The position numbers and the translations under genes were made by a program. Under the pieces are notes generated by a model that made no database searches, was not told the origin of the DNA, and was given only the letters and a program-made list of their open reading frames with translations. DNA of 64,000 nucleotides, taken from Octopus bimaculoides. Its lineage: Eukaryota. Within the stretch, counting starts at the first letter, position 1; every line of letters begins with the position of its first letter. The stretch covers positions 79,397,915 through 79,461,914 of the forward strand of contig NC_068987.1 of the NCBI RefSeq assembly GCF_001194135.2, given 5' to 3'. Shown piece by piece: positions 52,222 through 64,000 of the stretch.

Positions 52222-52532
52222 CGTGACCTTTGCCTTTTATTCATCCCGGGTCGATAAAATAAAGAATCACTCAAGAAGTAATGGCATAGCTCATACTAAG
52301 TCACAGTCTTTCAAAATTGCTGGCATTGTGCTAAAATTTGAATCTATTCAATGCAGTGATCTGGCAGATTCGTTATCACAAAAATGCTTCGCGGCATTTC
52401 TTCCGATTTTACGGTGTTGGTTCAAATGCCGCCGAGGTCGATTTGTCTTTTATCTTTCGGGATCGACAAAATATGTTCCAACTGAAGTAATCCACTTCCC
52501 CACCTCTTAAATTTCCTAGCCTTGTGCTTATA
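52222..52532 (+). mobile_element. Two adjacent SINE family B copies (3' fragment 52222-52342; near-complete copy 52353-52532)
   Basis: CCTTTGCCTTTTATTCATCCCGGGTCGATAAAATAAAG, then GCAGTGATCTGGCAGATTCGTTA...GGTTCAAATGCCGCCGAGGTCGA...CCTTGTGCTTA. Confidence 0.75.
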
Positions 52533-52599
<67 letters not shown>

Positions 52600-52630
52600 G
52601 TTATTATTATTATTATTATTATTATCATTA

Positions 52631-52686
<56 letters not shown>

Positions 52687-52762
52687 GTTGTTGTTATTGT
52701 TATTGTTATTATTATTANNNNNNNNNNTATAACTGGGACAGCTAAAGTGTTGATACCCATTA

Positions 52763-52824
<62 letters not shown>

Positions 52825-52840
52825 GTTGTTGTTATTGTTA

Positions 52841-52881
<41 letters not shown>

Positions 52882-52885
52882 GTTA

Positions 52886-52953
<68 letters not shown>
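52532..52953. repeat. Long (ATT)n array with GTT variants
   Basis: Seen directly. Interrupted by a 10-N gap and a unique island at 52718-52758. Confidence 0.95.
52728..52758 (-). mobile_element. Probable 5' junction of an R4/Dong-like element inside a large (ATT)n array; remainder hidden in the 10-N gap
   Basis: A unique 31-nt island in (ATT)n reads on the minus strand GGT ATC AAC ACT TTA GCT GTC CCA GTT ATA = GINTLAVPVI, resembling the R4/Dong post-RT motif AINTxAVPVI. The match is short. Confidence 0.5.
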
Positions 52954-52955
<2 letters not shown>

Positions 52956-53393
52956 GTGTGCTTTTGCTCTTTGAGTCATAGCATATTGAAATGACGCATT
53001 TGATTTACTCTCTCTGAATTCTTCGACAACAGGAAGTGATTCCTACAGCATCACAGTAATACATTCTTGTGACAGTTTTGTCTGGTGTCGTAAACGGTGC
53101 CAGATGCAATCTCTTTAGTTAATTCTTTTTTTTTTATTTCATGTCAATCGTATATATTTAGATAATTCTTTACGTTCGGTCGTCAATAGGAAAATGTATA
53201 CGCCAAACAAGTAACAAACAGCTAATAGATACAATGTTTCTCCACTCTTCCCCTTCTTCTCTCTCTCTCTTGATGTGTGTATGTGTGTGTATGCATGTAT
53301 GTATGTATGTATGTATGTATGTATGTACGTATGTATGTAGGATTATATACAAGTATACACGCATTGGTGTTTGTATGAGTGTATATAAAAATA

Positions 53394-53436
<43 letters not shown>

Positions 53437-55500
53437 TATATATACACACACACATAGTCACACAGAGAGACAGATAGAGAGAGTACAGAGGGAGCTTGAG
53501 GCAGACTGACTTATACAGATAGTGAGATAGCTCGCATATATTCAAAGATACAGACTCAGTGTGAGAGTTAATGTGAGACAGTGAGGAAGAGACAGAAAGA
53601 ATGAAAGACAGAGAGAAAGAGAGTGTGTCAATGAGCGAGTCAGTGAAACGAAGCATTAAAATAAGGAGAAGATTGAATAGAAACTTGCAAAACTGCAACG
53701 AAGCTAAATGGGTCTTTGTGTCTTTGTTATGTTTGTTTGTTGCTCTTTACTTATAGGTTAGTAATTCCGCTATTTCTCTTCCTCTAAGAGTAGAGAGCTC
53801 GTCACATAGAATAGAGCTTGTTATAGCAAGTTCTGGCGTCCAAATTAAAGGTAAATTTATTCCTCTTTAAATGTCACATTTACTGTAGTCCATTTTATCT
53901 ATTACCTAACAAACATATCAGCCAACATTGCTGGTGATACTGGTAAATGGTAAATGGACTGTAACTAATGCAGACAAATGTCACTATCAATGGAAATAAA
54001 ACAGAAAGAAACACTATCCGACATGAGATGAAGTGAGTGGAGGAAGTATCGGTCAAATATAATAACAGCGACAACACTGAAAATGTACAAGTGGTCAGTG
54101 TTAATGGACAGAATGCTTAACTTTCATCAGAACAGGTCAAGCGGCTTATCTGTCTGCTGTCGGTGTTCTCGATCTCACCATATCACATCACATTTTCTCG
54201 TTTCTTCGAACAGTAGACAACTAACGCCGTCCGTCTTCTTATCCATTGGGAAATAGTTGCGAATACTAATATAATTTATATTTTCTACTTTGATAATCAA
54301 TTAACTTAAATTCACATTCTAAACCTAATTAACGCTTGTGCTTGTGCGATTAGCAAGGAAAAGCATTCAGACGAATGTGTTCACATTTTAACGACATTTG
54401 TTTGTTAGACAAACAAATTCTAACCAACACCTTAGAAGATTAAACAAACCTTTTAGCTAAACAGCGTGATGTGTTTATCTCTCATGACTAGATAAGATTC
54501 AGTCGCACTTTGTAATGTTTTATAAAGATATAGTGTCCAATTGTTCCCTTTATTTTGTTTCGTCTTGGTTATTTCCTAAAGTATAAATTCCGAAGATATT
54601 CTGCGTATTATATATCAACGAATGTCGAATGATATGTGTGTGATTCTATTTAAAGTATTTCAGCTTCTTAAGCGAGTAGTTTGTCAGTGGAAGTTTTAAT
54701 ACATGTGCGTTGATGAATAAATTTTTGTGAACGCATTTATATGAATGAGCAGTTACTAATGCATACAGGTTGTGCTGATATGATTCTCATGTTATACATA
54801 CATGGCATAAGTATATACATGTATATACGCACACATGTGTGCGTATATATATATATATATATATATAAATAGGCTGATAAGCATTTTTGTTTACCTCCGA
54901 ACAAAAAGACATTCACAAATCTTAAAAATCTCAACCTCTTTAGTTCTTGTATTGTTACTCCAAGTTTCACATTGCCGATTATTCGAACGATTGGAGTAAG
55001 AAAGCAGCATGCGCTATATGAAAGAAAGTATTAACAAACACCGTATCTTTCATGTATTTTACACATATAATACTGAAAATATGAAAATGTCACGTGTATG
55101 TGAATTGATGAGACATCACGTGGTCTCTGCTAATTTTTACGCTATCGATCAGTGAAATACCGATGATCAACTGATATATTTATCTATTCACTTGCAACCG
55201 TACTTGATATGTCCATGTGTGCCAGACTCGAGAGCAAGGAATGTGTTTAGGAATAGTTCTATTCGAATATCGTCACGCACTGTCTATGATTCAATAATCT
55301 GAATAAGCTGCGTCTAACTGGGAGTTAAGTTTTCAAACAATTTGCATACTTATATATATATTTATTACAAACGACCATTGAAGCATCGAGTGACATATTT
55401 TTGGAACTTAAGACAATCTTGAACGTATGAAAAAAAGAATTGTTTTCACAGCTATTCTCTTACGTTCGAGATTCTCCTTCCATTTCTAAATATTATATAC

Positions 55501-55532
<32 letters not shown>

Positions 55533-55965
55533 GATTTTTTTTCTCTCTTTCTCACTCACTTTCTCTCTCTCTCTCTCTCTCTCCCTCTCTCTCTCTACAC
55601 ACACACATGCACACATACATAAAGAGATATATAGAGAGAGATAAAGTGAAAGAGAGAGAGAGAGAGAGAGAGAGGCAAACAGACAGACAGACAGAGAGTA
55701 TGTTTGCATTAAAGATTATTTATTGTAACAAATCACAGCTCTAAATTTAAACTACTTTTCCCACATTACATAAGCGAAGTTCAGCTCAAGCAACGTAGTT
55801 CAGTTCAAGCATCGTACGCACACGTTTACTGTAGCGTACACACCTAATCCGTTACTTATTATCTCTAAAATTATAGTTCTTATTTTATTTGGAATTTCTA
55901 TCCTACAATAAGAGTAACCAGTAACTGAAGGAGACAATATGCATTTTGTTACCCTCAATTTTACA

Positions 55966-55970
<5 letters not shown>

Positions 55971-55996
<26 letters not shown>

Positions 55997-55998
55997 TG

Positions 55999-56052
<54 letters not shown>

Positions 56053-56103
56053 GTAGATATATATATATATAGATAGATAGATAGATAGATAGACAGACAG
56101 ATA
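55971..56103. repeat. Compound (TA)n/(GATA)n microsatellite
   Basis: Seen directly. Confidence 0.95.
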
Positions 56104-56211
56104 GGGCTTTATATATCGGTGTGTTGTTCCTCAAAATTCTGAAGATAATTTGTATTTTGCCATGTTAAAATACGGTATTCCCGTCTGAAACTCTACTCTT
56201 AAACATTCTAA

Positions 56212-56430
56212 TCTCTCTCTCCCCTTTCTCTCTCACACTACTCTCTCTCTCTCTCCCTCACTGGTTCTTTCTATTTCTCCCCTCTCTCCCCTTTCTCTCT
56301 CGCACTACTCTTTCTCTCTCTCTCCCTCACTGGTTCTTTCTATTTCTCCCCTATCTCCTCTTTCTCTCTCACACTACTCTCTCTCTCTCTCTCTCTCCCT
56401 CACTGGTTCTTTCTATTTCTCCCCTCTCTC
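56212..56430. repeat. Minisatellite, about 70-bp CT-rich unit x3
   Basis: Anchor CCCTCACTGGTTCTTTCTATTTCTCCCCT recurs at about 56255, 56324 and 56397, with variable (CT)n inside the unit. Confidence 0.85.
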
Positions 56431-56984
56431 ACTCACTCTCTCATACTATTCTCTCTCTCTTTTTCTTTTTCGTTTTCTTTTTTCACTACTTACATAAATA
56501 CACCGGTTTGGTTTTCCCCTGCCTTAACATACTGTACACTATATTACAACAACAGCAACAGCTCATTTATCCAGTAAAATCAATAAAATATGGATATGAT
56601 TCATGGATTTCCTACTGCTAAACATATTCCTTTCAGAATGGCATTTTTTTTTTCTAATATTTAAAAATATCCTTCACTAGTAGGTGGTATTTCTGATTTC
56701 CATTCTTATTGTTGGTGAGCTATGGTTGAGGATAATGATTTTTTTATTAAGTGAGTATTTGTTGGTGTTTGGAATATTTCAATGCTGCAGGAACGGATAA
56801 ATTTACGTCAGATTACGTTGCGTTTAGCGTTTATTTTTATACTCATTCTTCGTTATTTATTTATTTATTTCATTTTTATCTCATTTTCTAATGTGAAATG
56901 TTTTGCTTTTCTTTGCTTATAAGAAAGATTGGTTCACCATTTTTAAAACAAATTCATTATGTATAATCGAATTAATTAGGTTAG

Positions 56985-57125
56985 ATGGCAAAGAGGCAGA
57001 GTGGTTAGACATAAGTCAAATTGCTTTCTGCAACGTATTCCGGCTGTTTCTAATTTGTGTTCAAACACCGCGGAGTTTAACTTTGTTTCTCTGCCTTTTG
57101 GGTCGATAAAATGAAGTCGCCAGCT
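56985..57125 (+). mobile_element. Degraded SINE family B
   Basis: GGCAGAGTGGTTAGAC...GTGTTCAAACACCGCGGAG...CCTTTTGGGTCGATAAAATGAAGT. Confidence 0.6.
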
Positions 57126-57530
57126 CGGATAGGTGGCGGTTAGTAGATTTAGTCTGATGACTGGTTTAAAAAAACACTTAGGCGCCTTCAGCGAAGTTCA
57201 CCCTGTTGTGAGCATTGCGCAAGTTTCTCGGAGACCGTGAAGATAGAGAGAGTCGTGGAACTTACCCTTCCCTCTCTAAAGCCATCACCACTTCTAATTA
57301 TTCGAGCAAAATACTCCAGAGTTCAATGCTTACTTAAAGTACCCCACTTTCATAAAAAATATATTGCGTTCAAGACTGTTCAAGCGGGGAAAACATGTCG
57401 AAACACGTCGTTTCTTAAAGACATTTTTTTCTCTTTCAACTCTTTGAGAGGATTTGATCTCAAGCTGTTCACGTTACTACGTTTACTTCTTTTATTCCAC
57501 ATCATCCCATGATCCACTTCCGCCATCGCT

Positions 57531-57673
57531 TCTCTTCCTTCTTCTTCTTCTTCTTCTTCTTCTTCTTCTTCTTCTTCTTCTTCTTCTTCTTCTTCTTCTT
57601 CTTCTTCTTTCTTTCTTTCTTTCTTTCTTTCCTTGTTTCTTTATTTCATTCTTTCTTTCTTTCCATCTTTCTC

Positions 57674-57726
<53 letters not shown>

Positions 57727-58064
57727 TTCTTTTTCTTCTTCTTCTACTTCTTTTTCTTCTACTTCTTCTTCGTTTTCGTTTTCTTTTTTTCCTTCTTTCT
57801 TTCTTTCTTTCTTTCTTTCTTTCCTTCTTGTTTTCTTTCTTTCCTTCTTTCTTTCTTTCTTTCTTCTTCTTCTTCTTCTTCTTCGTTTTCGTTTTCTTTC
57901 TTTCCTTCTTTCTTTCTTTCTTTCTTTCTTTCCTTCTTATTTTCTTTCTTTCCTTCTTATTTTCTTTCTTTCCTTCTTTCTTTCTTTCCTTCTTTCTTTC
58001 TTCTTCTTCTTCTTCTTCTTCTTCTTCTTCTTCTTCTTCTTCTTCTTCTTCTTCTTCTTCTTCT
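57531..58064. repeat. Compound (CTT)n/(CTTT)n polypyrimidine tract, about 530 bp
   Basis: Almost only C and T on the + strand. (CTT)n at both ends and (CTTT)n in the middle, with internal duplications of CTTCTTCGTTTTCGTTTTC and TTCCTTCTTATTTTC. Confidence 0.95.
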
Positions 58065-58693
58065 CCACCACCACCTCCTTCTTCGTAGGCCATCAAAAAG
58101 CAGACCACGTCAAGTGTTTTAAGTGTATATGTCGGTGTGTGCCTGCTTATGGTTGTTTCGTCCGTCCGTGCGTGCATACGTGTATGAGTGTGCGTACACT
58201 TATGCGTGTATGCATGTGTGCGTGTGCATGTGCGTGTGTGTGTATACGTACGTGTGAGTGTTGTTTACTTTACTAAACGTTTTCTTGTCACCAGATTCTC
58301 ACCAGTGATGTTGGTGTCTGTCAGGAAGAAAGCATTTCTTAAACAGCAAATTACATTTGCCATAGCTTAGATCCCTTTTTACCATCGCCATCCTTGTTAG
58401 CTGATCAAAGAGAATAGCCGTATCACGCCTGCAGACCGGAGATAGACTCACTGTTCAATCACTTGCACTGACCGAGCGGTAATTAGAATAAATACACACA
58501 TTAGTGACGAAAGAGTAGCCAGTCACCCTTTTTCTTCGTGTTCTTTTTCTTATTACACCATAATCCCTACCATCGTTTTAGCAGTCTTTACAAGATTCAC
58601 CATTATCCCGCTTCCATCTTAAGATTTTTTCTTTTAGTTTGTTTCAGTTCAAGAAAGAAAGAGATGATAAAAATCACAGACACACACTTTGAT

Positions 58694-58752
<59 letters not shown>

Positions 58753-60074
58753 CATATATATATACACACACANNNNNNNNNNNNNNNNATATATATATAT
58801 ATATATATGTATATATATGTATATATATATATGTATATGTATGTATGTATGTATACACGACACACATACATTGATGTATACAAATAAACGCACACTTAGA
58901 AACTGGTTTATATATCTAAACTTCTATAACAGAAAACGCATGGCTGTATATATGTATCAATGTATGCTTGTACGTAAGTACTCATATACACGCACTCATA
59001 CGCACGCACATATATATATATACACAATGAAAGAGAGAGCGAGAGAGAGAGAGCGAGAGCATGAGAGAGGGAGAGAGAGAGAGACATAGATAGATACATA
59101 CATACATATTTACAGAAAATATGGAACGCGCACACAAAGATCACAGCTAGGATATAATAAACAAATAAACAAACAAATATATAGGTGTGTGTGTGTGTGG
59201 GTGTGTGTGTGTGTCTGTGTGTGTTGTTGCTTGGCTATACTTCGATAGAAATAAATGCATAGACACATACACGAGTATATTACGCACACAAACACAAACA
59301 CATACACAACGCAAACGTACAGTAATAGACACAGAGATGTGCGCGTGTACACCCTCATCCACATTCACATACACTCTCGCGCCCCCACTGACTCTAATTG
59401 TGCCACTCTAGTGCATTCAGTCATACATAACACACCGGATTTGTCAAGTTTCTTTATACTTTTGCGAGATCACTTACTTCTTTTCGAGCCTATTAACTGA
59501 TCACACGCATTGTCTCGTCACTCTTTAACAACTCCGTGTCGTACATGAAATACGTATTTTCTAACTCCACCACCTCCACATCACCACTCGCCGCCAACAC
59601 TACAATACATATACATACACACTAAAACCATAATAAAATAGCCGATCTCATTCCCCCTTCCTCTCCTAACTGATGGCCACTCAGGCACCTCACTTTCGAG
59701 CCTCTGAGTACGATCATCTTGCTTTTCACACTTATCTGACGTTTACCTTTCGTACTTGACCTTTTGCGCTGCAAATTTTCTACCTTCTTCTTGTACAGAA
59801 ATAAAACCTTTATCGCTGTATTTCTGGAAAGTCATTTTGGCAACAAAATTACACGCCGTGTTTGTATTTCACATCGTAATTACTCGTTAAAATTTCTATG
59901 TGCGTTTTTAATTGAAAAATAATTTCTAAAAATATTGTAATATCATACAGTCATATTGTAATATCATATGATTCTGTCCTCAGAATGATTTACATTCTTT
60001 TTCATAAGCTTTATGGAAAGTCTTCCTTCTATGAGCAAGTCCTTATAAATAAAATGTTAGGATATACATTTCAT

Positions 60075-60264
60075 CTCTTACTTGTTTCGGTCATTAGATT
60101 GCGGCCAGGCTTGGGCACCATGCTGAAGAGCTGTAATATAAACAAATCAATACAATTATTTTTAAAACGAACAATTATCGGTAAAGCTCTAAGATACGGG
60201 ATCGTAAACAAACTTAATGTAGGTTGGGTACAAACACTAATACGAAACACATGCACATAGATGC

Positions 60265-60302
<38 letters not shown>

Positions 60303-60468
60303 AAGTGTGTATGTGTGTGCGTGTGTTTCCACTGACCAGAATTGCTCGCCAGGTTTTGTTGGGCCTGTACTATAATTGAAGGCACTTTGCCATAGGGCCG
60401 TGCCGTGGGACTAAGACCGAAACCTCGTAGATATAAAGTGGGCGTCTTAACCACACAGCCATACTTGC
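60075..60468 (-). mobile_element. Diverged SINE family A-like copy
   Basis: Tail CTTACTTGTTTCGGTCATTAGATTGCGGCC at 60077, a (TA)/(TG) spacer, and head ...GTGGGACTAAGACCGAAACC...AACCACACAGCCATAC. Confidence 0.6.
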
Positions 60469-60835
60469 GCTTGTCAAGTGAATGTAAACAAACGTTGCAA
60501 GCATTTCTCTTCACACCAAACTTGACACGAACAGGGCTGTGCTTCTTATCCTGGGGTTCACAAATAAAGTATTGGAAGATCTTGAGTTTCGTTTCAGGAA
60601 ATCGACCAAAGACAATCGTGAGAGACACGGGAAAATAATTTCAATATAAGGGGTCCTTTGTAGTTGAAATGTTAGAAACCATTGGTGTAGAAGATCGAAC
60701 CACCTCGTAGTCGACTTTGCTTTTTATCCGTGCTAAGTTCATGAAACTGAATACCGGTTATGAACTGGGGTCGACACTTCTGATTTTACAGTACCTGCTA
60801 AAATTCTGCACTTAAGCTAGAATCTATTGCTGCAT

Positions 60836-60837
<2 letters not shown>

Positions 60838-60874
<37 letters not shown>

Positions 60875-60904
60875 GTAGTAGTGCTGCTGCTGCTGCTGCT
60901 GCTG

Positions 60905-60968
<64 letters not shown>

Positions 60969-61047
60969 CACCATCACGATCACTACCACCACCACCACCA
61001 CCACTACTACTACTACCACCACCACTACCACCATCACGACCACTGCC
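60838..61047. repeat. Compound (ACT)n/(GCT)n/(ACC)n microsatellite
   Basis: Seen directly. Ends at a gap. Confidence 0.95.
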
Positions 61048-63242
61048 NNNNNNNNNNNNNNNNNNNNNNNNNNNNNNNNNNNNNNNNNNNNNNNNNNNNN
61101 NNNNNNNNNNNNNNNNNNNNNNNNNNNNNNNNNNNNNNNNNNNNNNNNNNNNNNNNNNNNNNNNNNNNNNNNNNNNNNNNNNNNNNNNNNNNNNNNNNNN
61201 NNNNNNNNNNNNNNNNNNNNNNNNNNNNNNNNNNNNNNNNNNNNNNNNNNNNNNNNNNNNNNNNNNNNNNNNNNNNNNNNNNNNNNNNNNNNNNNNNNNN
61301 NNNNNNNNNNNNNNNNNNNNNNNNNNNNNNNNNNNNNNNNNNNNNNNNNNNNNNNNNNNNNNNNNNNNNNNNNNNNNNNNNNNNNNNNNNNNNNNNNNNN
61401 NNNNNNNNNNNNNNNNNNNNNNNNNNNNNNNNNNNNNNNNNNNNNNNNNNNNNNNNNNNNNNNNNNNNNNNNNNNNNNNNNNNNNNNNNNNNNNNNNNNN
61501 NNNNNNNNNNNNNNNNNNNNNNNNNNNNNATATATATATATATATATATATAAATACACATGCACTACATTTCCACACACGCACACAAACACACACATAT
61601 ACCTGTTATAAGCTATATGAAAGTAAGCATGTGTGCGTGCATATATATATATATACACACATTAACACTTATACATGTTCACACACATACATATATATAT
61701 ACATACATACGTACCTACGTACTCGTCTACCTTATGCTCAGTATGTGTGTTTATATATATGTAGATAATGTCAAAAAAAAAAAAAGCAAAAAAGCAAACA
61801 CGCTCACTTAGCTTGTGTTGCTTTATCGCGCAATCTTTAAATTATCCCTATTGTCTTCCATTGTCTTATTTCGTCTGAAATATTTCGAATCACGTTAGCT
61901 TCTTCTTTACTATCTATCTTCAACATTTCTCTTTTAGAAATCAATTTTTACTTTTTCCACAATTTTGCTTCCTATCGTCTTTTTAAATTGCAGTTCAACG
62001 ATTTCTTATTACTGTTTTTATTTTTTTGTTGTTAACAAATTTAATTCTTTACTTTTTTTTTTATTAATTTTATTTTTGTGAAATTTCAATTTACTGTAAG
62101 TCGAGTAATAGCCACCACCACCACCAGAAACATATGTAATCGTTTTGCTAATCATGTAATAAGCAGGATAGCTTCCTCAGCTATTGTTTAAATGATTGCT
62201 CATATTTGAAATGACAGCCACGGGATTACTTAGAGATGCTGCTGTCGAAAACAAAGATGACTGCTTCACTTCATGCAAAATCAAGTCGGCTATTATCAAT
62301 GTTAGAACACCGCCGCCATCTTTTTCTAGTTTCTTAGCGCCTAGCTCGTTTTATAGCAGCGGTCCTTTTAATGATTAAAACGTGTCGGAAATGAACGCTA
62401 TTGTCGTGGAAGCGCTTTGATATCGTCTTATGCATAAAGCCGCGCTTAATTGTTGAGTGGGGTCGCTAAAGAAAATTGAACAACAACAAAGGTTAGAGTT
62501 TGGCTCAAATATGTTTCACCTCCGTCAAACCTACATCATTAGCTACATCTTATTTCTTATGAGATTAAAGTCAACAATTAAAACTACACCGATATCGAGA
62601 GTAAATCGTGTTTTCATCTTCTAGAATATTTTCCTGCATGCATGCTAAATGAACACAAGCAGAAATTTTGAAATATTATAGCGATACCAATGTTTTATAT
62701 GTTTGTTTATATTACCACTTCTGTTACATGCATTTTAGGTAGACATGCAATTATATGTTTAAACAACATACTATAATTGCAGCAATGCTTTGCTTTTTAA
62801 TCGCCATTCAGACACAAATCAAATGTCAGATATTTATATTGCCTTGCATGAAATTGTGAGCAAAAGCTTTCACATATAAAAATGAATACTCTTCATCTTC
62901 ATGCATGCACAAACTATTTACAATAAATATTATCAAACATTATTTACCTAAAAACGTACTGTACAATAAAATATTATTAATTGGAGCCTATGAAATAAGG
63001 TCTACGCGTTGAAGGAAATACAAGTTAAATTTCTTTCTAATAATTGTTTTTAGTATTTTATGCAAAGATAGAAGATATTGGATGATATATTCTTTCGAGG
63101 AAGGGTGGTCGTAACTGGAGTGGCTTTGATCGAGAAACTACAAGGTCAAAGTTAGTCGACCTCGGGCAAAAATATAACACTAACGATAATCCTTATTCTT
63201 ACTAAGGGAAATAATACTTCCCCGAAAAACATTATGAATGGC

Positions 63243-63278
<36 letters not shown>

Positions 63279-63837
63279 NNNNNNNNNNNNNNNNNNNNNN
63301 NNNNNNNNNNNNNNNNNNNNNNNNNNNNNNNNNNNNNNNNNNNNNNNNNNNNNNNNNNNNNNNNNNNNNNNNNNNNNNNNNNNNNNNNNNNNNNNNNNNN
63401 NNNNNNNNNNNNNNNNNNNNNNNNNNNNNNNNNNNNNNNNNNNNNNNNNNNNNNNNNNNNNNNNNNNNNNNNNNNNNNNNNNNNNNNNNNNNNNNNNNNN
63501 NNNNNNNNNNNNNNNNNNNNNNNNNNNNNNNNNNNNNNNNNNNNNNNNNNNNNNNNNNNNNNNNNNNNNNNNNNNNNNNNNNNNNNNNNNNNNNNNNNNN
63601 NNNNNNNNNNNNNNNNNNNNNNNNNNNNNNNNNNNNNNNNNNNNNNNNNNNNNNNNNNNNNNNNNNNNNNNNNNNNNNNNNNNNNNNNNNNNNNNNNNNN
63701 NNNNNNNNNNNNNNNNNNNNNNNNNNNNNNNNNNNNNNNNNNNNNNNNNNNNNNNNNNNNNNNNNNNNTCATACTAATATATACTTTTGTTATTTACACC
63801 ACCTGTCCTCGTCTGTTGTTATTATTTGTATATTCTC

Positions 63838-63894
<57 letters not shown>

Positions 63895-64000
63895 TACACC
63901 CGCATACAAACATAAACATCATTCATTTCAAAGAATGTTTTCTTGCATTCTCTCCCGGCAGCTCATGCGGTGACATTGAGTGTTCAGCCAAGGTACCGGG

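Noticed and set aside
62860-62885. GTGAGCAAAAGCTTTCAC, partly like miR-87
   Set aside because: Only the seed region matches and no precursor hairpin is evident. I recognised no conserved miRNA anywhere in the window.

Overview
AT-rich, microsatellite-dense eukaryotic genomic DNA with many assembly gaps. The SINE families and repeat load point to an octopod cephalopod such as Octopus; this is inference and no search was run. None of the supplied ORFs is a credible protein: they are microsatellite, N-gap or chance frames. Reading the + strand directly gives three spliced exons of a transcription factor AP-2 (TFAP2) gene at 17550-17603, 46407-46608 and 49462-49580. They join in frame to [126 protein letters not shown]. 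The N-terminal PY exon and the C-terminal helix-span-helix exons were not found, so the whole window is probably inside one gene, with a 28.8 kb intron. The introns hold at least four tRNA-derived SINE families, a pogo/Tigger-like MITE and a perfect 32-bp hairpin. They also hold four short remnants of R4/Dong-type non-LTR retrotransposons, each nested in an (AAT)n array. The best leads are these repeated Dong-like insertions and several candidate microexons, poison exons and tandem acceptors around the AP-2 linker. All the splicing leads are unverified predictions. I do not see a demonstrably new biological system.
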